Shown here: positions 54,324 through 64,000 of the stretch, one piece after another
How the letters are laid out: the number at the start of each line of letters is the position of its first letter
Position numbering within the stretch: the first letter of the stretch is position 1
Source of the DNA: Candidatus Latescibacterota bacterium
GTDB taxonomy: Bacteria; Latescibacterota; CBDEFO01
Direction: 5' to 3'
Length of the DNA: 64,000 nucleotides
Assembly: GCA_965237525.1 (NCBI GenBank)
Contig: CBDEFO010000007.1
Location: forward strand, 576,001-640,000
Made by a program: the position numbers and the translations under genes
The notes under the pieces: generated by a model
Database searches by the model: none
Told to the model about the DNA's origin: nothing
What the model saw: only the letters and a program-made list of their open reading frames with translations

Positions 54324-54971
54324 TTGGGGATTCCCAAGAAAGCTGTGGCATCTAAATTTTACACTATTTCCTGGTGGATAGTACTAGCCCTCTTTAAGAT
54401 ATTTTTGAGACTCAAAGTCGAGGGAAAGGAAAACGTACCCGAAGAAGGAGGTGTGATATTAGCAAGCAATCACGCCTCATATATAGATCCGCCCGTAGTG
54501 GGTGTGAGCACCAAAAGGGAGATGAAGTTCCTCGCCAAAAGAGAGCTTTTCGAACCACCTGTTTTCGGGACTATTATAACTAAGCTCAATGCTGTTCCGA
54601 TAAATAGGAGCGGATTCGGCAAGGAACCTTTAGATGCTATGTACAAGGCTTTAGAAGAGGACATGGCCGTTATCGTCTTTCCTGAAGGTACAAGAAACAA
54701 AGGTAGATATTTGGGAAAAGCTAAAGCCGGTCTTGGGATGATAGCCTTAAGATCATCCAAGCCCATCGTGCCTGTACATATATCTGGCACAAGATCTGTA
54801 TGGCGCTCGTTGATCGGCATCGAAAGAGTCAAAGTCAGCTTCGGTAAACTTATAAACTTGGATGAGATTCCACTCTCTGGAAACAGGAAAGATGATTACC
54901 GTACTGTTACCCAAGAGGTGATGCGGGAGATCGAAAAGCTGAAAGCATTTCAAGGTAAAGTAAAGCAGTAA
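54324..54971 (+). CDS. plsC: 1-acyl-glycerol-3-phosphate acyltransferase
   Basis: NHASYID, FPEGTR. Confidence 0.9.
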   Translation: MGIPKKAVASKFYTISWWIVLALFKIFLRLKVEGKENVPEEGGVILASNHASYIDPPVVGVSTKREMKFLAKRELFEPPVFGTIITKLNAVPINRSGFGKEPLDAMYKALEEDMAVIVFPEGTRNKGRYLGKAKAGLGMIALRSSKPIVPVHISGTRSVWRSLIGIERVKVSFGKLINLDEIPLSGNRKDDYRTVTQEVMREIEKLKAFQGKVKQ

Positions 54972-54998
54972 AATCCACGAAAAGGAGGAGAACAGGCG

Positions 54999-57641
54999 AT
55001 GCCTGAAGAGCCAAAATCGGCGCCGGAATCCGGCGAAGAAACCGTAGAGTTATCTACAGAGGAAAACGGAGGTGATGAAAAAGAATCTATCGTTCAATCG
55101 GAGACGACCTTGGATGCTGACCAGCCCTTACTTTCTCTGGATGAAGGCGAAAAAGAGTACTCCGATGAGGAGTTTGCCAAGATGCTCGACCTCTATGACA
55201 GCACAATGCAGGGCATCAAGGCTGGAGAAGTTGTAAAGGGGAAGATCCTGTCCGTAGGTGAAAACGAGGTGATGGTGGATATAGGCTTCAAATCTGAAGG
55301 AACTATATCTATAGATGAGTTCAAGGACCAAGAATCCATAGAAATCGGCAGCGAAGTTGAGGTCTATCTTGAGGACGTTGAAGATCAGGAGGGGCAGATA
55401 GTTCTTTCCAAGCAAAAAGCTGACTTTATGCGCGTCTGGGATATGATCAAAGAGGCGCACGATAGTAATGATACTATCGAAGGCACCCTTACGAGACGTA
55501 TCAAAGGCGGTATCGTTGTAGACCTCTTGGGCGTGGATGCTTTCCTACCCGGCTCACAGATAGACATAAAACAGGTCAGAAACTTCGACCAGTTCGTGGG
55601 CCAGAGCTTTCCTCTTAAGATTATCAAGATCAACAAGAACAGGAGAAACATCGTCGTCTCCAGGAGAGCCGTCCTTGAGGAAGAAAGGGAAAAACTAAGG
55701 AGAACTATTATAGAGGATATCCAAGAGGGACAGATAAGAGAAGGGACAGTCAAGAACATCACTGACTTCGGAGTCTTCATAGACCTTGGGGGAGTGGACG
55801 GACTGCTCCATATCACTGACATGTCCTGGGGCAGGGTCAACCATCCATCTGAACTCGTGGCAATCGGAGACGAGATCAGCGTTGTAATACTCAGCTTCGA
55901 TGAAGAAAAACAGAGGATATCTCTTGGACTCAAACAGCTTCAACCTCATCCGTGGGACACTATAGAAGAAAGATATCTCGTTAGTAAAAAGGTGGCAGGC
56001 AAAGTGGTCAGCATTACTGACTACGGCGCCTTTATAGAGTTAGAGGAGGGAGTGGAGGGACTTGTGCATATTTCAGAGATGTCCTGGACGCAGCACATCA
56101 GGCATCCTTCAAAAGTAGTCTCTATAGGTGACGAGGTTGAAGTCGTGGTCCTGCGCGTTGATAAGGATGAGCAGAAGATATCCCTGGGCATAAAACAGGT
56201 CCAGCCCGATCCTTGGCTTACGATTGAGGAGAGCTATCCTTCCGGAACAGTCATCAAAGGCAATGTGCGTAATCTTACCAACTTCGGTGCCTTTGTAGAG
56301 ATTGAGGAAGGCATTGATGGGCTCGTCCATGTCTCAGATATGTCCTGGACCAGGAGAGTTCGACATCCGAGTGAGATAATGAAAAAAGGAGATGACGTGG
56401 ATGTAGTAATTTTAAGTGTCAATCAAGAAAGACGGAGGATCTCCCTTGGACACAAACAGGTCCTGGAAAACCCATGGCCTCAACTTGCCGATGAATACGC
56501 TCCCGGAACAGAGACCGAAGGTACAGTCTATAAACTCCTCGACAGAGGCATCGTCGTCGAACTTGAGGGAAATGTGGAAGGTTTTATACCGACCTCGCAG
56601 TTGGGCGTACCGAACATTAGGAAGCTCACTGACCACTTCGAGGTAGGAGACAAGATTCCGATGAAGGTCATCGAATTCGATGAAGCTCAAAAAAAGATCG
56701 TCCTGAGCGTCAAAGAATACCTCAGAGACAAAGAACAACAGGAGATCGAAGAGTACAGACAGAAGTATCAGCCCAAGTCTGTTACCATTGAAGAAGTGAT
56801 AGAAGAAATCCCGGAAGCTTCCAAAGCAGAGGTCGCAGAGGACGTAGAGATTGAGACTGCTGCTGAAGATCAGGTTGAGGGAATAGAAGAGGAAGTTCAG
56901 AAGGAGGCTCCAGAAGATGAGAGGACGTCCGAAGCAGCAAAGGCTGAGGTTGCAGACGAGGCTGAGGTGGGTGCTGAAGTCTTAGTTGAGGAGGTAAAGA
57001 AGGAAGTTCAGAAGGAGGCTCCAGAAGATGAGGGGCAGTCCGAAGCAGTAAAGGCTGAGGTTGCAGACGAGGCTCAGGTGGATGCTGAAGCCTCAGTTGA
57101 GGAGGTAAAGAAGGAAGTTCAGAAGGAGGCTCCAGAAGATGAGGGGACGTCCGAAGCAGCAAAGGCTGAGGTTGCAGACGAGGCTGAGGTGGGTGCTGAA
57201 GCCTCAGTTGAGGAGGTAAAGAAGGAAGTTCTGAATGAGCCTCCAGAAGATGAGGGTAAGTCCGAAGCAGCAAAGGCTGAGGTTGCAGACGAGGCTCAGG
57301 TGGATGCTGAAGCCTCAGTTGAGAAGGTAAAGAAGGAAGTTCAGAAGGAGGCTCCAGAAGATGGGGGTAAGTCCGAAGCAGCAAAGGCTGAGGTTGCAGA
57401 CGAGGCTCAGGTGGATGCTGAAGCCTCAGTTGAGGAGGTAAAGAAGGAAGTTCAGAATGAGCCTCCAGAAGATGAGGGTAAGTCCGAGGCAGCAAAGGCT
57501 GAGGTTGCAGACGAGGCTGAGGTGGGTGCTGAAGCCTCAGGTGAGGAGGTAAAGAAGGAAGTTCAGAATGAGGCTCCAGAAGATGAGGGTACGTCCGAAG
57601 CAGCAAAGGCTGAGGTTGCAGACGAGGGAAGAGGGCTGTGA
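54999..57641 (+). CDS. rpsA: 30S ribosomal protein S1 with long acidic repeat tail
   Basis: Six S1 domains, follows cmk-plsC. Confidence 0.96.
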   Translation: MPEEPKSAPESGEETVELSTEENGGDEKESIVQSETTLDADQPLLSLDEGEKEYSDEEFAKMLDLYDSTMQGIKAGEVVKGKILSVGENEVMVDIGFKSEGTISIDEFKDQESIEIGSEVEVYLEDVEDQEGQIVLSKQKADFMRVWDMIKEAHDSNDTIEGTLTRRIKGGIVVDLLGVDAFLPGSQIDIKQVRNFDQFVGQSFPLKIIKINKNRRNIVVSRRAVLEEEREKLRRTIIEDIQEGQIREGTVKNITDFGVFIDLGGVDGLLHITDMSWGRVNHPSELVAIGDEISVVILSFDEEKQRISLGLKQLQPHPWDTIEERYLVSKKVAGKVVSITDYGAFIELEEGVEGLVHISEMSWTQHIRHPSKVVSIGDEVEVVVLRVDKDEQKISLGIKQVQPDPWLTIEESYPSGTVIKGNVRNLTNFGAFVEIEEGIDGLVHVSDMSWTRRVRHPSEIMKKGDDVDVVILSVNQERRRISLGHKQVLENPWPQLADEYAPGTETEGTVYKLLDRGIVVELEGNVEGFIPTSQLGVPNIRKLTDHFEVGDKIPMKVIEFDEAQKKIVLSVKEYLRDKEQQEIEEYRQKYQPKSVTIEEVIEEIPEASKAEVAEDVEIETAAEDQVEGIEEEVQKEAPEDERTSEAAKAEVADEAEVGAEVLVEEVKKEVQKEAPEDEGQSEAVKAEVADEAQVDAEASVEEVKKEVQKEAPEDEGTSEAAKAEVADEAEVGAEASVEEVKKEVLNEPPEDEGKSEAAKAEVADEAQVDAEASVEKVKKEVQKEAPEDGGKSEAAKAEVADEAQVDAEASVEEVKKEVQNEPPEDEGKSEAAKAEVADEAEVGAEASGEEVKKEVQNEAPEDEGTSEAAKAEVADEGRGL
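56889..57626 (+). repeat. 111-nt (37-aa) tandem repeat, about 6.6 copies
   Basis: EVQKEAPEDEGxSEAAKAEVADEAxVxAEASVEEVKK units. Confidence 0.97.
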
Positions 57642-57757
57642 AGACGACTTTCAAGAAGGCTGACTAACCGCAAAAAAGAAAAGAGTTGGGAATTTGACCC
57701 ATTAGTTCTTTATTTTGGGAAATGGTATCTCAATTTAATGCCTAGCGAATCGTATGC

Positions 57758-58472
57758 TTAGCGAAAATTCTGTATGGAATCAACGTTCGGATCGGTTGGC
57801 AGATCGCGCAAAGGTCTATTCTCAGAGATAATCAATCCTTTCCCCCTGTGAGCGATATATCTTCCCTTTTCCAAGCGCCTTAAGATTCTCGTTACTGTCT
57901 CTCGCGTCGTTCCACAAAGGCTCGCAAGCTCTCTGTGAGTAGGCATTTTCTCGATAAAGACCACACCTTCCTCCCCGACCGCAGGTTTTGGCACCCAACT
58001 CCATCAAGCTCCTTAAGATTCTCCCCGCGGCATCTAAAAGAGCAAGATTTTCGATCCGCTCGTCCGCCTTCCGCAACCTCGTAGTCAGTTCCACCAAAAA
58101 CTTGATTATAATCCCCGGATTCCTTTGCACCAGATCGTAAAGGTCGTCCCTTCTAAGCACCAGAAGTTCCGTATCATCAGTAATAGCTATCACGTTGGCT
58201 GAGCGAGGTTTATTATCTAACAGGGCCAATTCTCCGAAGAAGTCGCCTTCGCCGAAGAAATCCAGAAGTACCTCCCTTCCCTGTTTGTCTGTGATGATAA
58301 CCTTCACCTTGCCCCTTTTGATGATGAACATCGCATTTCCTACTTGCTTTTCCAGTACTATCGTCTCATTTTTCCGACACTGGCGAGCTACAACTAATGT
58401 CAAGAGTCTTTCTAACTCATCTTGTGTCAGATCCTGGAAAAGCGGGACCTTTCTTAACAGATCTAATCCCAT
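57758..58472 (-). pseudogene. Crp/Fnr-family regulator, frameshifted between cNMP domain and HTH
   Basis: FFGELALL..RSA in one frame, THRELASLCGTTRETVTR in the +1 frame; shift near 57986-57995. Confidence 0.85.
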
Positions 58473-58536
58473 CAGGCTGCCCCTTCGATTTTGATATCCT
58501 GCGACGTCAGGACAAGTGATCTATCCTGCTAGCAAT

Positions 58537-59240
58537 TTAACTCCTGATATGAGCACAAACACTAAGATTACCCTTAAAAAAGGCCACATCCGAAATCCGC
58601 CTGTTTAGAAATACCCCGAGCATCATTCCTGCGATAGTAAACGGAATAAGGGAGAGATCTTCCTTTAAGGTTTGTGAATTTAGCAATCCGAATTTGATAT
58701 AGGTCATCATCTTCAGCAGATTGATAGAAAAAAATAGTACCGTCGCTGTCCCAACAAACGCTCTATTTGGCAACCTTTGTGGGAACAGGTACATCATGGT
58801 AAGAACGCCTCCGATGTGAGCTAGAGTAGAGAAGAACCCTGTGGCAATTTCCACAAGTGTTCCATAGATGTGGCTCGGCTACCCATGGGAATCTCTGCTT
58901 ACTAACGTGTTCCTTGTTACCTGAATCAGCCCAAAGATAAAGGCTATAACACCAATCGATTTTTTAAGATAAAAGTTTGGGACTTCGTTGAGGACCATCG
59001 TCCCGACCAATATTCCCAAAATCGCCCCAGGCATGCGGGACTTTATGTTTTCCCTGTCTCAAAATCTCCAGTAGTAGAACAAAGATAGAATATCGGTCAA
59101 CAAAAGCAGCGGGAGCATTATGCCTATCGCCTGCTTGGGTGACATCACAAGAACTAAAAGTGGTGTGGCTAATATTCCAGTCCGTCCACCGAATCCAGCC
59201 TTAGTCACACCTATTAGCAAAGATGCCCCGCATGAGGCGA
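58537..59240 (-). pseudogene. TauE/SafE family transporter, multiply frameshifted
   Basis: LIGVTKAGFGG, GIMLPLL, STLAHIGG fragments in different frames. Confidence 0.75.
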
Positions 59241-59812
59241 GATCTTCGTAGCTTATATCTTTTCCTCCATACCGAAGGATTCCCCGGAGACAATGGCGAT
59301 GAGCTTCTCTTTAGTCATTTGTATCTGAGGCTCTATCCTGGGAGGATCGGAGCCCGTGTGCTCCTTCTGTCCTAAAGAGCGCGTGTTCCGTGCGCACGGT
59401 GGATGCCTCCACTTCCTTCAGGTTCTTTTGGGACTGTCTCCAAGCTTTCGCTGGCGTACGATGTGAACGGTATCTCCTGATCCACTGGATCGACCCCCAG
59501 GTTGATAAGAGAGGTACCTCCGTTGCCGCTACGCTCCTTACTGAGTGCCAAGCGAATATGTTCAGTGCCCGATTAGGTGTGCCTCAAACGCGGCCTCCGA
59601 CCGGGCATATTGCAGTAAGTTCCTTACTCCTTCTGCAAAGAATTCCCTCTAGTTAACTGTCGGCACGACGGTTCAAATCTATTCTGTACTCCAGGGTCCC
59701 CGCCTCGTCTCGTAAGTTTTCCGCTGGCACATAGCCGTGTGCGTTCCCCACCAAGTTCTTAGCTTTTCTCAGGTTCCAGGTCTCTTTGCGGTTCTTTTTG
59801 AATAGTAGGTTC

Positions 59813-60859
59813 CTATCGCATCAGGACCATTTTTCTTGTCTTCGCAAAGTCCCACGAGTCCCACGCTGTGATCCTGTAGTAATAAACCCCGCTTGCGACC
59901 TCCTTCTTGTTGTCGTCCAGTCCATCCCAACCAGTATAATGGCTGCCCGATTCCATATAGGAATTTACAAGAGTCCTTACCTTTTGCCCACCGGTGTTGT
60001 ATATAGATAAGGTTACCATTCCTGCAGATGGGAGATCATAATAGATAGTAGTCAGTGGATTGAAGGGATTTGGATAGTTTTGAAAGAGCCGGTGAACATC
60101 AGGCACAGCTGAGGCTCTATCACCTATAAGCTCTGTCTTTACGGGAATCAGTCCCTCGTTCAACTGGACTTTGCGCAGCCATATGTAAGCGGGGGCAGGT
60201 AGTCCTGGAAGCAGGGATTTTACTTTGATAAAGGCAATTTCTCCCTTTCCGCTATATGGCTCAGACCCTGCAAAGGCTATCTTGAGCGTGCTTTCATCGA
60301 CTTTGCTTGCAAACAATCCCACCCGGGTCAAACCCGACGGCAATGCGCCTGATATCTCAAGCTCTGTCGGATCAAAGGATATTTCGACATGGCCTGCTAT
60401 TACCTTTTCCATATTGTCGATAAGTACAGGAACTTTGAACTCTCCGCTTTCAAGCTCCTGAGCATTACCCAGACGCACTGTCCGAACTATAAATGATGAC
60501 TGTAATCGGGGATCGTCCCCGACCGGAAGCGTTCTAATCTTTCCCTCTACAAATTGCAGTATCAGTGCGGCGTCGTACGAAGTTATCTGATCCTGAACCG
60601 AACCGGAATTTCCGCTTACATTTGCAGCCTTGGGTGTTAATCCGGCGTAGTCCGTGCTGTCCTTTTGTCCCACCGCAAATTGGAGTATCAAGGAGGCATC
60701 AAATGCGGATATTTCCCCATTCCCACTTACGTCAAAGTTCGTCTCTGCGTCAGCATTGTCCAGAAAGGAACAGGATAAGATGGCGAATAAGAAAACGACT
60801 CTGAACGACCTTTCACATTTTACCATCGCACATCCTTTCGCTCCCACATGCCTCTTCAT
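59813..60859 (-). CDS. Secreted dockerin + cohesin + FlgD-Ig protein
   Basis: DVSGNGEISAFDA / NVSGN..ITSYDA duplicated Ca loops, cohesin-like strands, QNYPNPFNP..SGVYYY. Confidence 0.75.
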   Translation of the reverse strand: MKRHVGAKGCAMVKCERSFRVVFLFAILSCSFLDNADAETNFDVSGNGEISAFDASLILQFAVGQKDSTDYAGLTPKAANVSGNSGSVQDQITSYDAALILQFVEGKIRTLPVGDDPRLQSSFIVRTVRLGNAQELESGEFKVPVLIDNMEKVIAGHVEISFDPTELEISGALPSGLTRVGLFASKVDESTLKIAFAGSEPYSGKGEIAFIKVKSLLPGLPAPAYIWLRKVQLNEGLIPVKTELIGDRASAVPDVHRLFQNYPNPFNPLTTIYYDLPSAGMVTLSIYNTGGQKVRTLVNSYMESGSHYTGWDGLDDNKKEVASGVYYYRITAWDSWDFAKTRKMVLMR

Positions 60860-61456
60860 ACTTCCCGGGTGCAGATGTTCAAAGGTTTAGACACATATCT
60901 TCCCAGATATGAACTAATCTACAAGTGGTTATATTAAATGTCAAGAGAATTCTTGCCTGGCACTGGCACCTGCGATATGCACAAAGACAAAGTAAGGTGG
61001 TGTAATTTGAAAGAGTAGATTCACGACAAAGGTTGGAAGGAATAGCCCGTCGGAAAGGCTTATGCTCACGAGCTTTTGTTCCGCCGCGCATCCCGCTGAT
61101 ATATCAATCCTCACAGTCGAGGTCATAGAGCCATACGAGACAAACCTGCCCCGATGCCTTGTTTGGGCATACAACAGCATTTCAGAGCACAGCATGGAAC
61201 AGGTGAGGACCCATTCTTTGACAGGTGAAGATTAGCAGATGCTGCCGAAGTCGACAAGAAGACCACAGCGGACATAAACACTGTGAATACTTTCAAGGAC
61301 AAGCCCTTAACATCTGACACTATATGTGCGATCTTCAACGAACTTACCCCCTGCCTTTTTGAATAATCTCACTGTGCAATAATACGAGATTTTCCAAAAT
61401 TGTCCATGAGGGATCTTGATCCGTGCGCACAAAATAGGATGGTTTAGAAAGTGGGA

Positions 61457-61657
61457 TTAACCCACCGCGTCCACATTGACCCCCAAGTCAGTAATGCGAG
61501 CTGTGCTTGGAGGGATTTGGCTCTCACTTATCAGTTTAAGGACCATTTCTCCCTGGGACTTTACGGAGTCCTTGACCATATTGAGTCTGGCGGCCTCGAA
61601 CTTTAAAGCGGTCTCCAGTGTACTTAGAGTGTTTAACGTGTCTATTACATCATCCAT
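61457..61657 (-). CDS. Small YjfB-like protein
   Basis: AGGAGG RBS; ends LGVNVDAVG. Confidence 0.5.
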   Translation of the reverse strand: MDDVIDTLNTLSTLETALKFEAARLNMVKDSVKSQGEMVLKLISESQIPPSTARITDLGVNVDAVG

Positions 61658-61830
61658 GATCTGTACTCCTCCTATCTTTAAACGCGGCGCTCACGATGAA
61701 GAGAATGGTTGTCTCCGTATTTATTATCGGCGGATCAGAGGCGAACTTTAGATTATCGTCCAAGTCCGACTTCTATTCTTGACTTCATATCCATTTCTGT
61801 TTATCTTTCTAGAAATTCTATATGGCTATA

Positions 61831-61946
61831 AGATTGCTTCGAGGTTCGGCACCACGCAATGACGTTGCTTGCCTTTGCCTTGGTCATAGCGACACCGGCC
61901 CCCGATTGAATCTAGCGGGGTCAATCGGGGGGAGCGAAGCAATCTC
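61831..61946. repeat. Composite palindromic repeat upstream of selD
   Basis: AGATTGCTTCG..GCAATGAC plus GTCATAGCGA..GAAGCAATCTC with a nested CCCCGAT palindrome. Confidence 0.85.
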
Positions 61947-61982
61947 ATACTTCCTCGAGTTCTTAAATCAGGAGACACTTTT

Positions 61983-63050
61983 GTGTTGTCGAAGCGGAAC
62001 AATTCCAGAGAAGATATAAAGAGATTGACAGAGACCGTCAAATGCGGTGGTTGAGCGTCTAAACTGAGCCCGGCGGAGCTGGAGCAAGTTATATCGCAAC
62101 TGCCGACGATGGAGGATGCGAATCTTTTGGTGGGGTTTAATACGGCAGATGATGCTGGGGTTTACAGAGTGGGAGACGACTTGGCGTTGATCCAGACAGT
62201 GGACTTCTTTACGCCTATAGTTGACGATCCTTTTCTCTTCGGTCAAATAGCCGCCGCCAACGCCCTCTCTGATGTCTACGCTATGGGAGGAAAACCAATA
62301 ACAGCTCTGAATGTGATCTGCTTCCCTAATACGACCTTCGACCTGGAGATCCTCTCGGAGATTATGAAAGGCGGCATGTCCAAAGTAAGCGAAGCTGGCG
62401 CTGTTATCCTGGGGGGACACACTGTGCGAGATGAGGAGCTAAAATACGGTCTTTCGGTCACTGGTGTCGTCTCTCCCGATAAGGTAGTTACCAACGCCTC
62501 TGCACAGCCGGGCGATAAACTTATACTCACCAAACCCCTGGGCACAGGTCTCCTTGCTGACGCCCTCAAAGACGGCAAACTGACCCAAGACGATATATCC
62601 GAGGCTTGTCAAGTAATGGCAACCCTGAACGCCTCTGCGTCCGATAGAATGGTCGAATTCGGAGCCACTTCCTGCACGGACATAAGCGGATACGGTCTTT
62701 TGGGACACGCATCGGAGATGGCGCGGGCAAGCAAAGTCGGAATGATATTCTACGCATCGAATATACCCTATTTTGATAAGGCATTGCGGCTTGCCTCTGC
62801 TCCTCTTACCGGGGGCTCCCGCGATAACCAAAGTTTCGCATCCAAGGTCGTAGATATAGACGCATCTGTCCCCCCAGCTATTATCAACCTTATGTTCAAC
62901 GCCCAGACCTCCGGCGGACTCCTTATCTCCATATCCCCCGAGGCAACAGAAGACCTTGTGTCAGCACTTATGAAGGACAAAGTTCCCTCCGCCTCAGTAG
63001 TTGGTGAGGTAACAGATGAAAAAAAGGTACGTATAACTGTCGTTCCCTAA
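61983..63050 (+). CDS. selD: Selenophosphate synthetase, selenocysteine-containing
   Basis: LTETVKCGG-TGA(62052)-ASKL in frame with DDAG, TVDFF, GGHT, TDISGYG, QTSGGLL; AGGAG RBS. Confidence 0.93.
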
Positions 63051-63301
63051 AAACGGTAGAGAGCAAATAGTAGCCCCCGATAGATTCAATCGGGGGTAGA
63101 CAGGGCACCGGTATGCGCCTCCCATTCCGGTGTTAGCAGGAGGCAGTCAGTAGATAGCATGTCGGGGCGTGGTTAGGTCGGGCCTTGGGCTGCGTGCGCG
63201 CACTCTCTGTCACGTACGAAGTCACGTAGATTGAAAACCTTTAGGTTATCGAGACTATTCCGACAGAGCAGAAGCTGATACGAAAAGTTCTTGACTTCTT
63301 A

Positions 63302-64000
63302 GAAGCCTTGTGAAAAACCCTTAGATTCAGAAAGTAGTATAGAACAAGCATTGATAAAGCAGCTCCGATGTATTATATTATGTTATTGATAATATTATAC
63401 ATGGAGGAAACAATGACCCCACAAGAGCAGGAACAGACAAATCCGATGTTTCACTATTTTCAGATGGAGGATTTAGTTCCCGAGGATCATATCCTTCGTC
63501 AGATTGATGAGGCAGTTGATTTTTCATTTGTACGAGACGTTGTATCAGATTGTTATTGCCCTGACAATGGCAGACCCGGTATTGATCCTGAATTAGTTGT
63601 TCGAATGATCCTTATTGGCTATCTGTATAATTTGAGTGAGAATCGGCTCTGTCAGGAAGTGGGGATGCATGCGGCATATCGGTTGTTTTGTCATCAGACA
63701 TTTGATGATGCGGTTCCGGATAGGAGCACGATCAACAAGCTTCGCAATCACAAGTGGGCATCCAGTGGGTTGTTTGAACGGATAATGCGTCAGGTAGTCC
63801 AGTGTTGCATAGATGTCGGTGTTGTGAGCGGTAAACACCTTAGTGTCGACGGCACTCAGATACAAGCTGATGCTTCAGTGAAAAGTATTGAGCCGATAGA
63901 ACCCCCTGTTTCTCTTGATGATTATCTCAAGGGAATCGGTTTTGAAGGTGATAAGACAAAGGGTAGGTCCGGGCATCCTCAGGATAAAGACTTTCATGGT
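63302..64000 (+). mobile_element. IS1182-family insertion sequence, copy 3 (partial, runs off window)
   Basis: Same left end after TTA and the same transposase 5' half. Confidence 0.92.

Noticed and set aside
56889..57626. CRISPR-like regular repeats
   Set aside because: Contiguous in-frame coding repeats without unique spacers; no cas genes.
56782..57654. 290-aa Pro/Gln/Leu-rich minus-strand ORF
   Set aside because: Antisense shadow of the rpsA repeats.
59250..59800. Possible degraded gene
   Set aside because: Frames are broken and no motif was recognised.

Overview
Bacterial chromosomal window, probably FCB superphylum and Latescibacterota-like (inferred from a DUF6785-type membrane protein, a QNYPNPFNP FlgD-Ig C-terminal domain and the efp-accBC-gcvH gene order). 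It has three zones. (1) 1-12.1 kb, downstream of a tRNA-Lys(UUU): a decaying accessory region of signalling genes (HD-GYP, receiver domains, stressosome relics, a FliF-C peptide plus frameshifted fliG) with MITEs, an IS1182 copy, a probable IS200/IS605 right-end relic and a promoter-driven ~150-nt structured RNA candidate. (2) 12.2-41.4 kb: metabolic and transport genes with several pseudogenes, a second IS1182 copy splitting an eIF-2B-like gene, and an IS3. (3) 41.6-57.6 kb: an intact housekeeping cluster from hldA/hldC to rpsA, followed by broken crp and tauE genes, a dockerin-cohesin protein, Sec-containing selD and a third IS1182. The most notable items are a tandem FBP aldolase/phosphatase whose halves retain complementary active-site parts, the orphan structured RNA, a dispersed ~21-bp palindrome family and a repeat-expanded ribosomal protein S1. 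No CRISPR array, rRNA or integrase was seen. All family calls come from motif recognition, not database searches.
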